Source: Fibrobacteria bacterium
GTDB taxonomy: Bacteria > Fibrobacterota > Fibrobacteria > UBA11236
Assembly: GCA_021155885.1 (NCBI GenBank)
Contig: JAJNBB010000004.1
Span: 5,725-69,724 of the forward strand
DNA length: 64,000 nucleotides
Direction: 5' to 3'
The position numbers were made by a program, and so were the translations under genes. The notes beneath the pieces were generated by a model that was not told where the DNA came from, made no database searches, and worked only from the letters and a program-made list of their open reading frames with translations. Within the stretch, counting starts at the first letter, position 1. Every line of letters begins with the position of its first letter. Below are positions 14,789 to 25,466 of this stretch, piece by piece.

Positions 14789-16987
14789 TCAGGGAAGCGT
14801 GATCAGCTTTTCGCCTTCAACGCGTTTTCCCTTGAGCCGCAACAAGTAGGTTCCCGCGCGCAGCGCCCCCGCGTTCCAGCGGAGCAGGCCGGCCTCCGCC
14901 GTCAGCATCCAGGACCCCACGCGCTTTCCCTTCAGATCGACGAGGCTGAGTTCCACGCGCTCTCCGGCCGCCAGGCCGGGAACGCGCAGGCGCAGCATGC
15001 CGTCGGCGGCGCGCTCGATGCGCCACGAGGCCGCGTTCCGGGCGCCTCCCAGGATCGAATTGGGATTCCCGGTGGATGGCGGCGACGAGGGGCCCAGATA
15101 ATCGGGGATGCTTCCGGCATACGGCACGCCGGTATCGGCGTAGGCCCCCTTGATGGAATCGCGTTCCAGGGCCAGGAGGCTGGCGTTGGCGTCCACGAAG
15201 CCATAATGGGGACCCAGATAATATTCCTTCACTTCGGAGAACGGTGCGGTCGAGCCCGCCCAGACCAGGGCCATGCCCGTGTCCTGGGCCGCGGTGAACA
15301 CCGCGGAAGAACGCTTGACCCTTCCGAGCAATTGCCCGTTGCCTTGATAGCCGGCCCATTCGACCGTGTCGCGCCACGGATTGGCGGACTTTCCATGAAA
15401 CTCGAGCGACCCGCAGGTGATGCTGAGCCCGCCCGTGCAGGCGACCGAAAGGTCGTATGCCTTCTGGCTGTTGCGCACGGTGGCGAGAACGCTCAGGCTG
15501 GGAAAGCCGGGAAGGTCGGCGTGCGAAGTGCTCGTCACGGTCCCCAGCACCGGGTGCCCTTGCCGGGCGGCGAACATGTCGAATCCGACCTGGGTGAAGT
15601 TCCGGTTCTTGAGGGTCGAGATGGAAACGGGCTTGTCCAGGAAAGCCTCGTCGAAGGCCGCGTTCAGGCTCGCGTCGGAGTTGACATAGTCGGGGCCGGC
15701 CGACACCAGCACGAGATGGCGAACGACGCCCTGGTCGGGTGAATACAAGGTTTTGACCACCTGCATGTTCGCCAGGAACTTGTTCTTGCTGGCGGTCGTG
15801 TTCGCGACCCCCCCGCCCCCCGAGAATTGGATGTTGTTCACAAAGTCCTGTACGTACGAGCCCTGCACCGACTTGAGGTAATCCAGCGCCAGCTTGTAGG
15901 AAGTCTCCGACTGCGCGCCCACGCTGAAACTGCGCAGGGAGTTCCGCGAATCGTCGTGCAAAAGCCCGACCCGGTTGCCGGGAAGCCCGAGCAGGCCGTA
16001 GAGCGTCAGCAGGGAGGAAGCCTGGCTTTGCGCCTCGCTCACGTAGGAGGAGTTGAACTTCCATTCCCCGGGATTGTGCCACTTCCAATAGAACACGACC
16101 TCGATGCGCAGGCCGAAGTCGCGCAGCAGGGAATCGTCCACGGCGCCGTAAAAGTTCAGGTAGTTGCCCGCGAAGGAGCCCGTGGGGAAGGAGGTCTTCA
16201 CCTGCACCTGGCGCAGGGGATTGACGGGCAGGATGCGCAGGGCGGAGGCCCCCGCGGCCGTGGCGGCGGTGAGGCTGGAGCGGGCCAGGAAAAGGGTGCG
16301 GGGCAGCGTCATCTCGCGCTTCAGCCCGTTCTCGACGAAGCCCACCGTGGAAACGCCTCCACCCGGTTCGATGGTCGTCGTAACGGTGGTAACGCTCGTG
16401 AACAAGGGAATGAGGGCCGCCTGCAGCCGCATTTCGAATCCGTCCGTGCCGATTTTCGGCGGAAGCTGGTAGCGCAGGCGGAAGTGCCGCGACTGATTGA
16501 GCGCCACGGGATAGACGCGGACGCGGTAGGTGTTCGTTCCCGTGCGCTCCAGGATCAGGGGATCGATGGGCCGGGGCGGCGGCACCGAATCCCGGTCGAC
16601 GAGGTCCTCGTAGGTGCTGTCCGCCTTGTACCTGTCCAGGAGCTTCGCCTGCAAAATGCGATTCCCGTCCCACAACAGGGCGCCGGTGATGACGGCGCCG
16701 GCGGGCAAGGTGAACGTCCCTAGGATCTCGATGGTCGCGGGGTCGTTTTGCGCCCGGACGGTGCCGGAGACGCTGATGTCCACGTCCTCCTCGACGTCGA
16801 GGTACCCCGGAAACGCCTTGACGCGCAGGGTTCCATTCAAGAGGGAAGCGTTGCCGACGTCCTTGGTCGCGTTCGTGGTCTTCGTGGTTTGCCAGGTGAC
16901 TTGGGCGAGGGCCGGAGAGGCGCACAAGGCGAGGATCCCGGCCAGGGCGGCCCGGAGCATCATGGAAGGAAGGACGAGGTGTTTCAT
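14789..16987 (-). CDS. secreted VIT-domain-like protein with T9SS-type C-terminal sorting domain
   Basis: The signal peptide is MKHLVLPSMMLRAALAGILALCASPALAQ. A VIT-like pattern is present (TFTLPAGAVITGALLWDGNRILQAKLLDRYKADSTYEDLV...YRVRVYPVALNQSRHFRLRYQLP). The last ~75 aa (LRLRVPGLAAGERVELSLVDLKGKRVGSW...GTYLLRLKGKRVEGEKLITLP) look like a Por/T9SS CTD. I trimmed the start from 17104. Confidence 0.6.
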   Translation of the reverse strand: MKHLVLPSMMLRAALAGILALCASPALAQVTWQTTKTTNATKDVGNASLLNGTLRVKAFPGYLDVEEDVDISVSGTVRAQNDPATIEILGTFTLPAGAVITGALLWDGNRILQAKLLDRYKADSTYEDLVDRDSVPPPRPIDPLILERTGTNTYRVRVYPVALNQSRHFRLRYQLPPKIGTDGFEMRLQAALIPLFTSVTTVTTTIEPGGGVSTVGFVENGLKREMTLPRTLFLARSSLTAATAAGASALRILPVNPLRQVQVKTSFPTGSFAGNYLNFYGAVDDSLLRDFGLRIEVVFYWKWHNPGEWKFNSSYVSEAQSQASSLLTLYGLLGLPGNRVGLLHDDSRNSLRSFSVGAQSETSYKLALDYLKSVQGSYVQDFVNNIQFSGGGGVANTTASKNKFLANMQVVKTLYSPDQGVVRHLVLVSAGPDYVNSDASLNAAFDEAFLDKPVSISTLKNRNFTQVGFDMFAARQGHPVLGTVTSTSHADLPGFPSLSVLATVRNSQKAYDLSVACTGGLSITCGSLEFHGKSANPWRDTVEWAGYQGNGQLLGRVKRSSAVFTAAQDTGMALVWAGSTAPFSEVKEYYLGPHYGFVDANASLLALERDSIKGAYADTGVPYAGSIPDYLGPSSPPSTGNPNSILGGARNAASWRIERAADGMLRLRVPGLAAGERVELSLVDLKGKRVGSWMLTAEAGLLRWNAGALRAGTYLLRLKGKRVEGEKLITLP

Positions 16988-17138
16988 GGAGTTTCTCCTG
17001 GTCTCAATGTAGGCAGGCGCAGGGTTTCCGGAGAAGGATCTTTCGGGGAAATGTGATGAAAATGAATTTTCCGCTCCCTGAAAGAGAGCATCCCCGGTTT
17101 CCACGGAGAGCGGCCCGGAGGCGGGATAACGCGGGGCG

Positions 17139-17621
17139 TCAGCGCCGCAGCGTCTTCCAGAACTCCTCGAAAAGGGCGTACTTCGCCTCCTCGGCGGAGG
17201 GGTACATGCCCTTGAAGAACTTGTTCTCGATGCGGCAGCTCCACAGGCCGTTCTGGAACTTGACGGGGAACACGCCCATGTTGACGCCGCCCACCTGGGT
17301 CACCCAGTTCTCCCGCGCGGAAAGGTACCAGTGGCCGGCCAGCCAGTTGTCCCGCGCATTGCTCTTGCGGCGCACTTCTTTCTCGATGCGGGCCGGGCTG
17401 ACCGTGTCTCCGGTCATTTTGCCCGCGCAGTCCATGCAGACGCCCAGGGTCTCGTCGAAATTGTCATGCTCCATCACGTGGATGAAGCGGATCCTGGCGG
17501 ACCCGCACATTTCGCAGAGGATTTCCGGAGGGGCGCCCTGCTTGTCACGGAGGTCGGCGACCTCCATGCACCGCCAGTCTTCGCGGGGCACTTCGGAATT
17601 GTTCCACAGGCCGCTCGTCAT
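17139..17621 (-). CDS. hypothetical CxxC...CxxC zinc-ribbon protein
   Basis: 160-aa ORF with LCEMCGSARIRFIHVMEH...GVCMDCAGKM. Codon usage is GC3-rich and consistent with coding. I recognise no family. Confidence 0.5.
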   Translation of the reverse strand: MTSGLWNNSEVPREDWRCMEVADLRDKQGAPPEILCEMCGSARIRFIHVMEHDNFDETLGVCMDCAGKMTGDTVSPARIEKEVRRKSNARDNWLAGHWYLSARENWVTQVGGVNMGVFPVKFQNGLWSCRIENKFFKGMYPSAEEAKYALFEEFWKTLRR

Positions 17622-17643
17622 CGGGCGGCCGGATCCGGGAACT

Positions 17644-18342
17644 TCACTTGACCTTGAAATCCGCCTCGACCGTGGCGCTGAAGGTCAGCATGCCGGCGTG
17701 AACGGGCATCGAGTTTCCGCCGTCCTTGGCCATGCGGAACATCTGGGCCTCGACCGCGACCGGGGCCGGGCCGGAGGTGCCGGCCATGCGCACGGCGGCG
17801 ACCTCGTCGCACGCCAGCCCCAGGGCCTCGCAGATTTTCGCGGCGTTGTCGCGCGCGTTGCGCGTCGCGTGCAGAAGCGCTTCCCGGCGCAGGAGGTCGG
17901 CCTTGGAGTGGAAGAACTCCAAGTTGCCGAGGGTGGTGACCTTCGCCTTGATCAGGTCGCCCAGCAGGGAGTCGACCTTCGAGACGTCACGGATCGTGAT
18001 CTCCAGGCTCTGGGTCGCGTTATAGCCGCGGAACTTGCGCTTGCCCTCGACCCACTCGTACTCCGGGTTCACGGCCAGACGGGTGGTCTTGAGGTCCGCC
18101 TGGTCGCGGATCAGCCGGCGCGCGGCGGCCACGATGGTGGCCATGGCGCGGCGCGTCTCCATCGCCGCGTCGACCGGGGAGCCGTCGTTGTTGACCGCTT
18201 CGACGGTCACCTTCGCCATGTCGGGCGCGACCTGCATCTCGCCCGTTCCCAGGGCGGTCACGCGCCGCTCGGGGGCGGGGGGCTGCGCGAAGGCCGCGGA
18301 AACAAGGAAAAACGCGGAAAGGGCCAAGGTTGCAAACTTCAT
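17644..18342 (-). CDS. SIMPL-domain (DUF541) periplasmic protein
   Basis: A signal peptide is followed by the characteristic start RRVTALGTGEMQVAPDMAKVTVEAV and the C-terminal LTFSATVEADFKV. Confidence 0.8.
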   Translation of the reverse strand: MKFATLALSAFFLVSAAFAQPPAPERRVTALGTGEMQVAPDMAKVTVEAVNNDGSPVDAAMETRRAMATIVAAARRLIRDQADLKTTRLAVNPEYEWVEGKRKFRGYNATQSLEITIRDVSKVDSLLGDLIKAKVTTLGNLEFFHSKADLLRREALLHATRNARDNAAKICEALGLACDEVAAVRMAGTSGPAPVAVEAQMFRMAKDGGNSMPVHAGMLTFSATVEADFKVK

Positions 18343-18379
18343 GAGAGCCTCCGTTCAGGTGCGTTGAAAAAACGAAACT

Positions 18380-20419
<2,040 letters not shown>

Positions 20420-20525
20420 TCAATCGCGCCCTTGCGTACCCTGATGTCTATCCGCCGTGTCCGCGAGGGCGGACAGCCCCCCGCCTTCGCGGGGGCAGGC
20501 TGTCCGCCCCTACGGGTGCGTTGCG

Positions 20526-20819
20526 TTACCGCAATCGCACCTCGCGGACGATCTCCGCGCCCAGGATCCCGTTCGCCTTCTGCCGTATGGCCTCGCGCTG
20601 GTAGTGCAGCTCGTTGCGCCACACCGCCTGGTCGACCTTGATGCCGAGGACGAAATCCTTCAGCGACTCCAGCTTCGCGATCTGGGCCGCCTTGGCGCCC
20701 AGTATCTTTTCCCAGTTCTCCCGCAGCCGGTTCTCGTGCAGCAGGAACCCGAGCCCCTGGGCCCGCAGCGTTTCCTGCAGCGCGCCGCCTATCGGCACGG
20801 GGGCGTTGCTCATGGCCAT
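20526..20819 (-). CDS. DUF721 (DciA-like) protein
   Basis: 97 aa lying between recF and gyrB, the classic DUF721 position. The pattern is LRENWEKILG...LESLKDFVLGIKVDQAVWRNELHYQREAI. Confidence 0.8.
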   Translation of the reverse strand: MAMSNAPVPIGGALQETLRAQGLGFLLHENRLRENWEKILGAKAAQIAKLESLKDFVLGIKVDQAVWRNELHYQREAIRQKANGILGAEIVREVRLR

Positions 20820-20832
20820 GTCCGCCTCCCTT

Positions 20833-21933
20833 TCAGCTCGCCTTGCCGCGTTCCATGTTCACCACGCTCTCCACCGCGAAGGGGATGTCCTCGCGCCTGG
20901 GCGTCGCGATGAACGCCTGCCCGCGCCCCGCGATGAGGGCCCCGAAGCGCTCGCGGCGTCCGGGATCCAGTTCGGCGAACACGTCGTCCAGGATCAGGAT
21001 CGGAGGCAGTCCGGAAGTCTCTTCGAGGAGCCTGGCGGCGGCCAGTTTCAAGGCCAGGGCCACGGATCTTTTTTGCCCTTGCGAAGCGAAATCCCGAACC
21101 GTTTTTCCATCGAGAAAAGTTAGCAAATCATCCCGGTGGGGGCCGACCGAAGTGAGCCCGGTCTCGCGGTCCTGGGAGCGCTTTTCGCGCAGCCGGGTGA
21201 GAAGACTTTCGCGCAATAAAACCAGGTCTCCGGACGCTTCCGGGGCCCCCGTCACGCGCATGTCCAGGACCTCCCCCTTCTGCCCTTCGGGGGAGCCGAT
21301 TTCCCGGTAAAAATCCGAGGCTTTCGGGGCCAGTTTCGAGACCCATTCCAGGCGCCTCCGGATGATGTCCGCCCCCGCCTCGGCCAAGGTGGCCTCATAG
21401 GCGTCCAGGAGGGCCTCCTCCTCCGCCCTGAGATTCCAGCGGAGCACCGCGTTTCGCTGCTTCAGGGCGCCCCGATAGCGCCTCAGAACGTCCAGGGTAG
21501 CCGGGTCGTGCTGGCATAGCAGGACGTCCAGGAACCGGCGCCGCTCCTGCGGCCCGCCCCGCAGCAGGTCGAGATCCTCGGGGGTGAAGGCCACCAGCAG
21601 AAAGTGCCCCAGCAAGTCCCCCAGGCGGCGGCTTTCCAGCCCTTCCACCTTCACCCGCGAGCCGCCCTCCCGGTATTCCACCGATTGCACGTGGGCCCGC
21701 TCGCCCGAATGCCCCTCGCCCCGTATCACGAAGGAATCCTCCCCCCACGCGATCAGATCCTTGTCCTTGCGCGTGCGGGCCGAGTGCGCCAGGGCCAGAA
21801 AATGAAGGCTCTCCAGCAGGTTGGATTTCCCGTGTCCGTTGGGCCCGGCGATCAGGTTCAAACCCGGCGCGGGACGTATCTCGAGGCCGTGCAGGTTGCG
21901 GAAATGATGCAGCGTCAGGCGGTCGATGTGCAC
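20833..21933 (-). CDS. recF: DNA replication and repair protein RecF
   Basis: The N-terminus is (V)HIDRLTLHHFRNL and the Walker A motif is GPNGHGKSNLLESL. The signature region is ASQGQKRSVALALKLA and Walker B is ILILDDVFAELD. The start is GTG (cac at 21931-21933), trimmed from 22110. Confidence 0.93.
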   Translation of the reverse strand: MHIDRLTLHHFRNLHGLEIRPAPGLNLIAGPNGHGKSNLLESLHFLALAHSARTRKDKDLIAWGEDSFVIRGEGHSGERAHVQSVEYREGGSRVKVEGLESRRLGDLLGHFLLVAFTPEDLDLLRGGPQERRRFLDVLLCQHDPATLDVLRRYRGALKQRNAVLRWNLRAEEEALLDAYEATLAEAGADIIRRRLEWVSKLAPKASDFYREIGSPEGQKGEVLDMRVTGAPEASGDLVLLRESLLTRLREKRSQDRETGLTSVGPHRDDLLTFLDGKTVRDFASQGQKRSVALALKLAAARLLEETSGLPPILILDDVFAELDPGRRERFGALIAGRGQAFIATPRREDIPFAVESVVNMERGKAS

Positions 21934-22249
21934 GGGGGGAAAACTACTTCGCGGAGACGGCTTTGTCGTTGCGGGTTGGTCACCCGGACCCAATCCTCTC
22001 CCTGTCGTTGTCGCTGGCGTCACGCGCCGCGAGGGGGGATGCGGAATTTCCTGAACGCAGAAGAAGCAGAGAAAGACAGGGATGAACGAAGTACGACGGA
22101 GCGAGGGCAAGCGAGAGCAGGAGGAACGAGGGAGCCATACAGGCGGTACGGCGACCGAGGCCGACGCACTATCGCGCCGCCCGCAGCCCGTCGCAAACGA
22201 GATTGGATCCCTCCGTTAAATCCCGGCGCCGGCGATTAAGTTTCCTCCC

Positions 22250-23095
22250 ATGGCTGATACAACCCCTCCCAATCCCGCCAATCCCCTCGCCGGTCCCCAT
22301 GTCTGGAACCTCATCTCCGAGAACTACACCAACGGCCTCCTGCCTTTCTTCGAGCACTTTTCGCGTGAAGCCCTCCGCCTGGCCGAACTTCCGCCCTCGC
22401 CCCTGCTGGCCGACGTCGCCTGCGGCCCGGGGACGCTGTCGCTGATGGCGGCCCTGGAAGGCGCCCGGGTGAAGGCGCTGGACGTTTCGCCGGAGATGCT
22501 GGAACAATTCCGGCGCCGCGTCGCGGAATCGCCCCTCATCCCCCCGGACCGGGTCGAGATCCTCGAGGGCGACGGGCAGAACCTGCCCTGGAAGGACGAA
22601 ACCTTCGACGGGGCCTTCTCGATGTTCGGCCTGATCTTTTTCCCCGACCGCGCCGCCGGCTTCAAGGAACTGAAGCGCGTGCTCAAGCCCGGGCGCCGCG
22701 CCGTGGTGTCCAGCTGGGCGCCCCGCACCGGGCCGTTCGCGCTCGTGCTCGAAAGCATCGCGGAGCTGCTCCCCGGGTATCCCTTCGGCAAGGGCAAGGC
22801 GCCCTTGGGCGACCCCGACGAGATGGCCGGGGAAATGCGCGCCGCGGGATTCCGGGACGTCGCCGTGCACCGCGTCGAACACTCCGAGCGCTTCGCCTCC
22901 CTGGACGCGTTCTGGAAGCGCACGCAAAGCACCGCGGCGCCCTTGGCGCTGCTGCGCGAAAAGCTCGGGCGCGAGGAATGGGAACGCGTCTCCCGGGGCG
23001 TGCATGATCGTCTGCGCGACGCCGTCGGCGAGGGGCCGCTGGAATCGCCGGGGCTGGCGAACCTCGGGGTCGGGGTGAAACCTTCCGCCACGTAA
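22250..23095 (+). CDS. class I SAM-dependent methyltransferase
   Basis: Motif I is LADVACGPGTLSL and the post-I region is VKALDVSPEML. It has a Methyltransf_11-like core. Confidence 0.85.
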   Translation: MADTTPPNPANPLAGPHVWNLISENYTNGLLPFFEHFSREALRLAELPPSPLLADVACGPGTLSLMAALEGARVKALDVSPEMLEQFRRRVAESPLIPPDRVEILEGDGQNLPWKDETFDGAFSMFGLIFFPDRAAGFKELKRVLKPGRRAVVSSWAPRTGPFALVLESIAELLPGYPFGKGKAPLGDPDEMAGEMRAAGFRDVAVHRVEHSERFASLDAFWKRTQSTAAPLALLREKLGREEWERVSRGVHDRLRDAVGEGPLESPGLANLGVGVKPSAT

Positions 23096-23142
23096 GACAA
23101 GGAAGGGTTATGAAGCCCGCCTCGAGGCGAGGCTTCATCAAT

Positions 23143-23174
23143 AAAAAACGCCGCCCGAATGGGCGGCGTTTTTT
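23143..23174. terminator. bidirectional rho-independent terminator
   Basis: The stem acgccgccc/gggcggcgt (23148-23169) has a GAAT loop, an A6 run upstream and a T6 run downstream. It sits between convergent genes. Confidence 0.75.
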
Positions 23175-23221
23175 ATTTGTAGGGGGGACGCATGCGTCCC
23201 CCCTACATCGTCAAACCAACG

Positions 23222-23620
23222 TCAGGCCGTTGGCTTGACGATCCACCCCGCGACCGCGCCCGCGATGGCGGTTTCGACGACGAAGGAAACGAACCACGCC
23301 CAGGCCAGGTTCATGGGAATCGGCATCATCGCGTAGGTTCCGAAACCCCAGGCGAAGCCGCCGCCGATGCCGTACAACAGGCCGTACTTCACGCCGGCGC
23401 TCACCGAGGTTCCCCGCACGTGAAAGGCGTAAATGGCCGTGAAGGTCAGCGCGGTGACCGCGGTGATCAGGTACATCAGGCCCATGTTCATCTCGCCCTC
23501 GGGCCGCCACAGAGACGCGGTGGCCTGGTAGGTGCCCATCAGGAGCACGGCGTGGACGATGAAATCCAGAACGGCGTAGGTAATGAAGACGGCCAGCGAA
23601 CCCAGCAGATATTTTTTCAT
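23222..23620 (-). CDS. small integral membrane protein (about 4 TM helices)
   Basis: MKKYLLGSLAVFITYAVLDFIVHAVLL... is hydrophobic throughout. I trimmed the start from 23839 to the ATG at 23620. Its family is uncertain. Confidence 0.55.
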   Translation of the reverse strand: MKKYLLGSLAVFITYAVLDFIVHAVLLMGTYQATASLWRPEGEMNMGLMYLITAVTALTFTAIYAFHVRGTSVSAGVKYGLLYGIGGGFAWGFGTYAMMPIPMNLAWAWFVSFVVETAIAGAVAGWIVKPTA

Positions 23621-23855
23621 GGCGGCTTTCCTTTTGCGATGACCCGCCCGGCAGGGGGCGGGAGGTGGCTCTCCCCCACGGGAGGGAATATAGAGCCGGA
23701 CGTGCGCGCCATGGTGCCGATATGCGAGTATCCGGATTGCAATCGAAATCACGTTTTCAATAAAATTCCGGGTCGGCGACGAAAACACGCCGAAATCGGG
23801 CAATAAAAAACCGGCCCGTTTCCGGAGCCGGTTTTTCAAGGGAAAGGACGCCCCG

Positions 23856-24086
23856 TTAGGCGGGGTTGTCGCGCTTGCCGCTGTTGTCGTATTCGATGGC
23901 GATCGTGCCCACCGGGCAGCCTTCGGCCGACTCGAGAATCTGGTCGTCGAGGGAAAGGTCGGCGCCTGCCTTCACCACCATTTTTTCGGGCACTTCGAAC
24001 ACCTCGGGGCAGGTCGCCTCGCAGGCGCCGCACATCGTGCATTCGTTTTCGGATTCATCCAGCCAGACTCGGGTAACGGTTGCCAT
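23856..24086 (-). CDS. small [4Fe-4S]/[3Fe-4S] ferredoxin
   Basis: 76 aa with CTMCGACEATCP (CxxCxxCxxxCP) plus a distal CPVG. I trimmed the start from 24218. Confidence 0.8.
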   Translation of the reverse strand: MATVTRVWLDESENECTMCGACEATCPEVFEVPEKMVVKAGADLSLDDQILESAEGCPVGTIAIEYDNSGKRDNPA

Positions 24087-24300
24087 CTCAAACTCCTGAT
24101 TCTCCGCTCCGGGGGTGGGTTTCGGACCGGACAGACTTCGTGACTCCCCGTCTCGCTGTTTGAGACCGGTTCGCCGCGTTTTGGGGCAAAAGGTACTTGA
24201 AAAAACGGGGGCGGGCAAGCAGGGAAATGTATGGTTTCGTCCGCGAAACCGGCGTTCAAGGCACGAAAAGTTGCCGCGAAATGCTTGTTAAATTTGAGGC

Positions 24301-25332
24301 ATGAAGCTTTCCGTGGGAATATTGGGGGCCACCGGTCTCACCGGGGTCGAGTTGCTGCGTTTGCTGGTCCGGCACCCGGGCGTTGAAATCGCCTGGGTCA
24401 GCTCGGAGTCCCAGACGGGGGTGCCCTACGCCAAGGTCTATCCTTCCCTGGCCAACCGCCTGCCCGAGGCCGTCTCGACGTTGATTTCGATGCAGGCGGC
24501 CCAGCAGACCGCCCCCGATGCCGTATTTTCCTGCCTGCCGCACGCGGCCTCCGCCGGGGCCATCGAGCCGTTCCTGAAGAACGGCAAGACACGGGTCATC
24601 GACCTCTCCGCCGACTACCGGTTGGCCGACCGCGCGGTATACGAAAAAACCTATGCGCACGCGCACCCGCATCCCGAGCGGCTGGCAGGCGCGGTGTACG
24701 GGCTTTCGGAAATTCATCGGCAGCGCATCACCGGCGCGACGCTGGTGGCCAATCCGGGCTGCTACCCGACCTCCATCCTGCTGCCGCTGATTCCGCTGCT
24801 GCGGGAGGGGATCGTGCTGCCGCAAAACCTGATCGCCGATTCGAAGTCGGGCGTTTCGGGGGCCGGCCGCAAGGCCACGGACGGGACCCACTTCGTGTTC
24901 GTCAACGAGAATTTCTCCGCCTATAAGGTGGCGGGCGAACACCGGCATCTTCCCGAGATCGCGGAACAGCTTTCGGGCGCGAACGGAGGCGCCGTCGCGC
25001 CGTTGTTCACCCCGCACCTGGTGCCGATGGAGCGCGGCATCCTGTCGACGATCTACGCCGATCTCGCGCCCGGCAAGACCGCCGCCGACGTGGAAGCGGC
25101 GTGGAACAAGGCCTACGCCAATATGCCCTTCGCCCGGCCCGTGAAGGACCTTCCGCAAACCGCCGACGTGACGCGCTCCAACGAGTGCCGCTTCGCGGTG
25201 CGCCAGGTTCCGGGATCCTCCAAGGTCATCCTCGTGTCCGTACTGGACAACATGGTGAAGGGGGCCTCGGGACAGGCGCTGCAGAACTTCAACATCATGT
25301 TCGGGCTGGAAGAGACGCTGGGACTGCTTTAA
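24301..25332 (+). CDS. argC: N-acetyl-gamma-glutamyl-phosphate reductase
   Basis: The N-terminus is GILGATGLTGVELLRLL. The active-site region is LVANPGCYPTS, and the C-terminus contains LDNMVKGASGQALQN. Confidence 0.95.
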   Translation: MKLSVGILGATGLTGVELLRLLVRHPGVEIAWVSSESQTGVPYAKVYPSLANRLPEAVSTLISMQAAQQTAPDAVFSCLPHAASAGAIEPFLKNGKTRVIDLSADYRLADRAVYEKTYAHAHPHPERLAGAVYGLSEIHRQRITGATLVANPGCYPTSILLPLIPLLREGIVLPQNLIADSKSGVSGAGRKATDGTHFVFVNENFSAYKVAGEHRHLPEIAEQLSGANGGAVAPLFTPHLVPMERGILSTIYADLAPGKTAADVEAAWNKAYANMPFARPVKDLPQTADVTRSNECRFAVRQVPGSSKVILVSVLDNMVKGASGQALQNFNIMFGLEETLGLL

Positions 25333-25334
25333 AA

Positions 25335-25435
25335 GTTGGTGGTTGTTGGGTGTTAGTTGTTGGAAAACCCCAGACGATCAGGCTTTACTGCGCTTAGTCC
25401 GCGTTTTCTTCCAACAACCAACAACTAACAACGAC
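25335..25435. repeat. family A hairpin element copy 2
   Basis: The left arm is gttggtggttgttgggtgttagttgttgg (25335-25363). The right arm is ccaacaaccaacaactaacaacgac (25411-25435). Pairing is imperfect and slippable, and the loop is unique. It fills the argC-argB intergenic gap. Confidence 0.8.
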
Positions 25436-25466
25436 AAAGCGCCGCCCGCGAAGTAATTTTTTCCCC

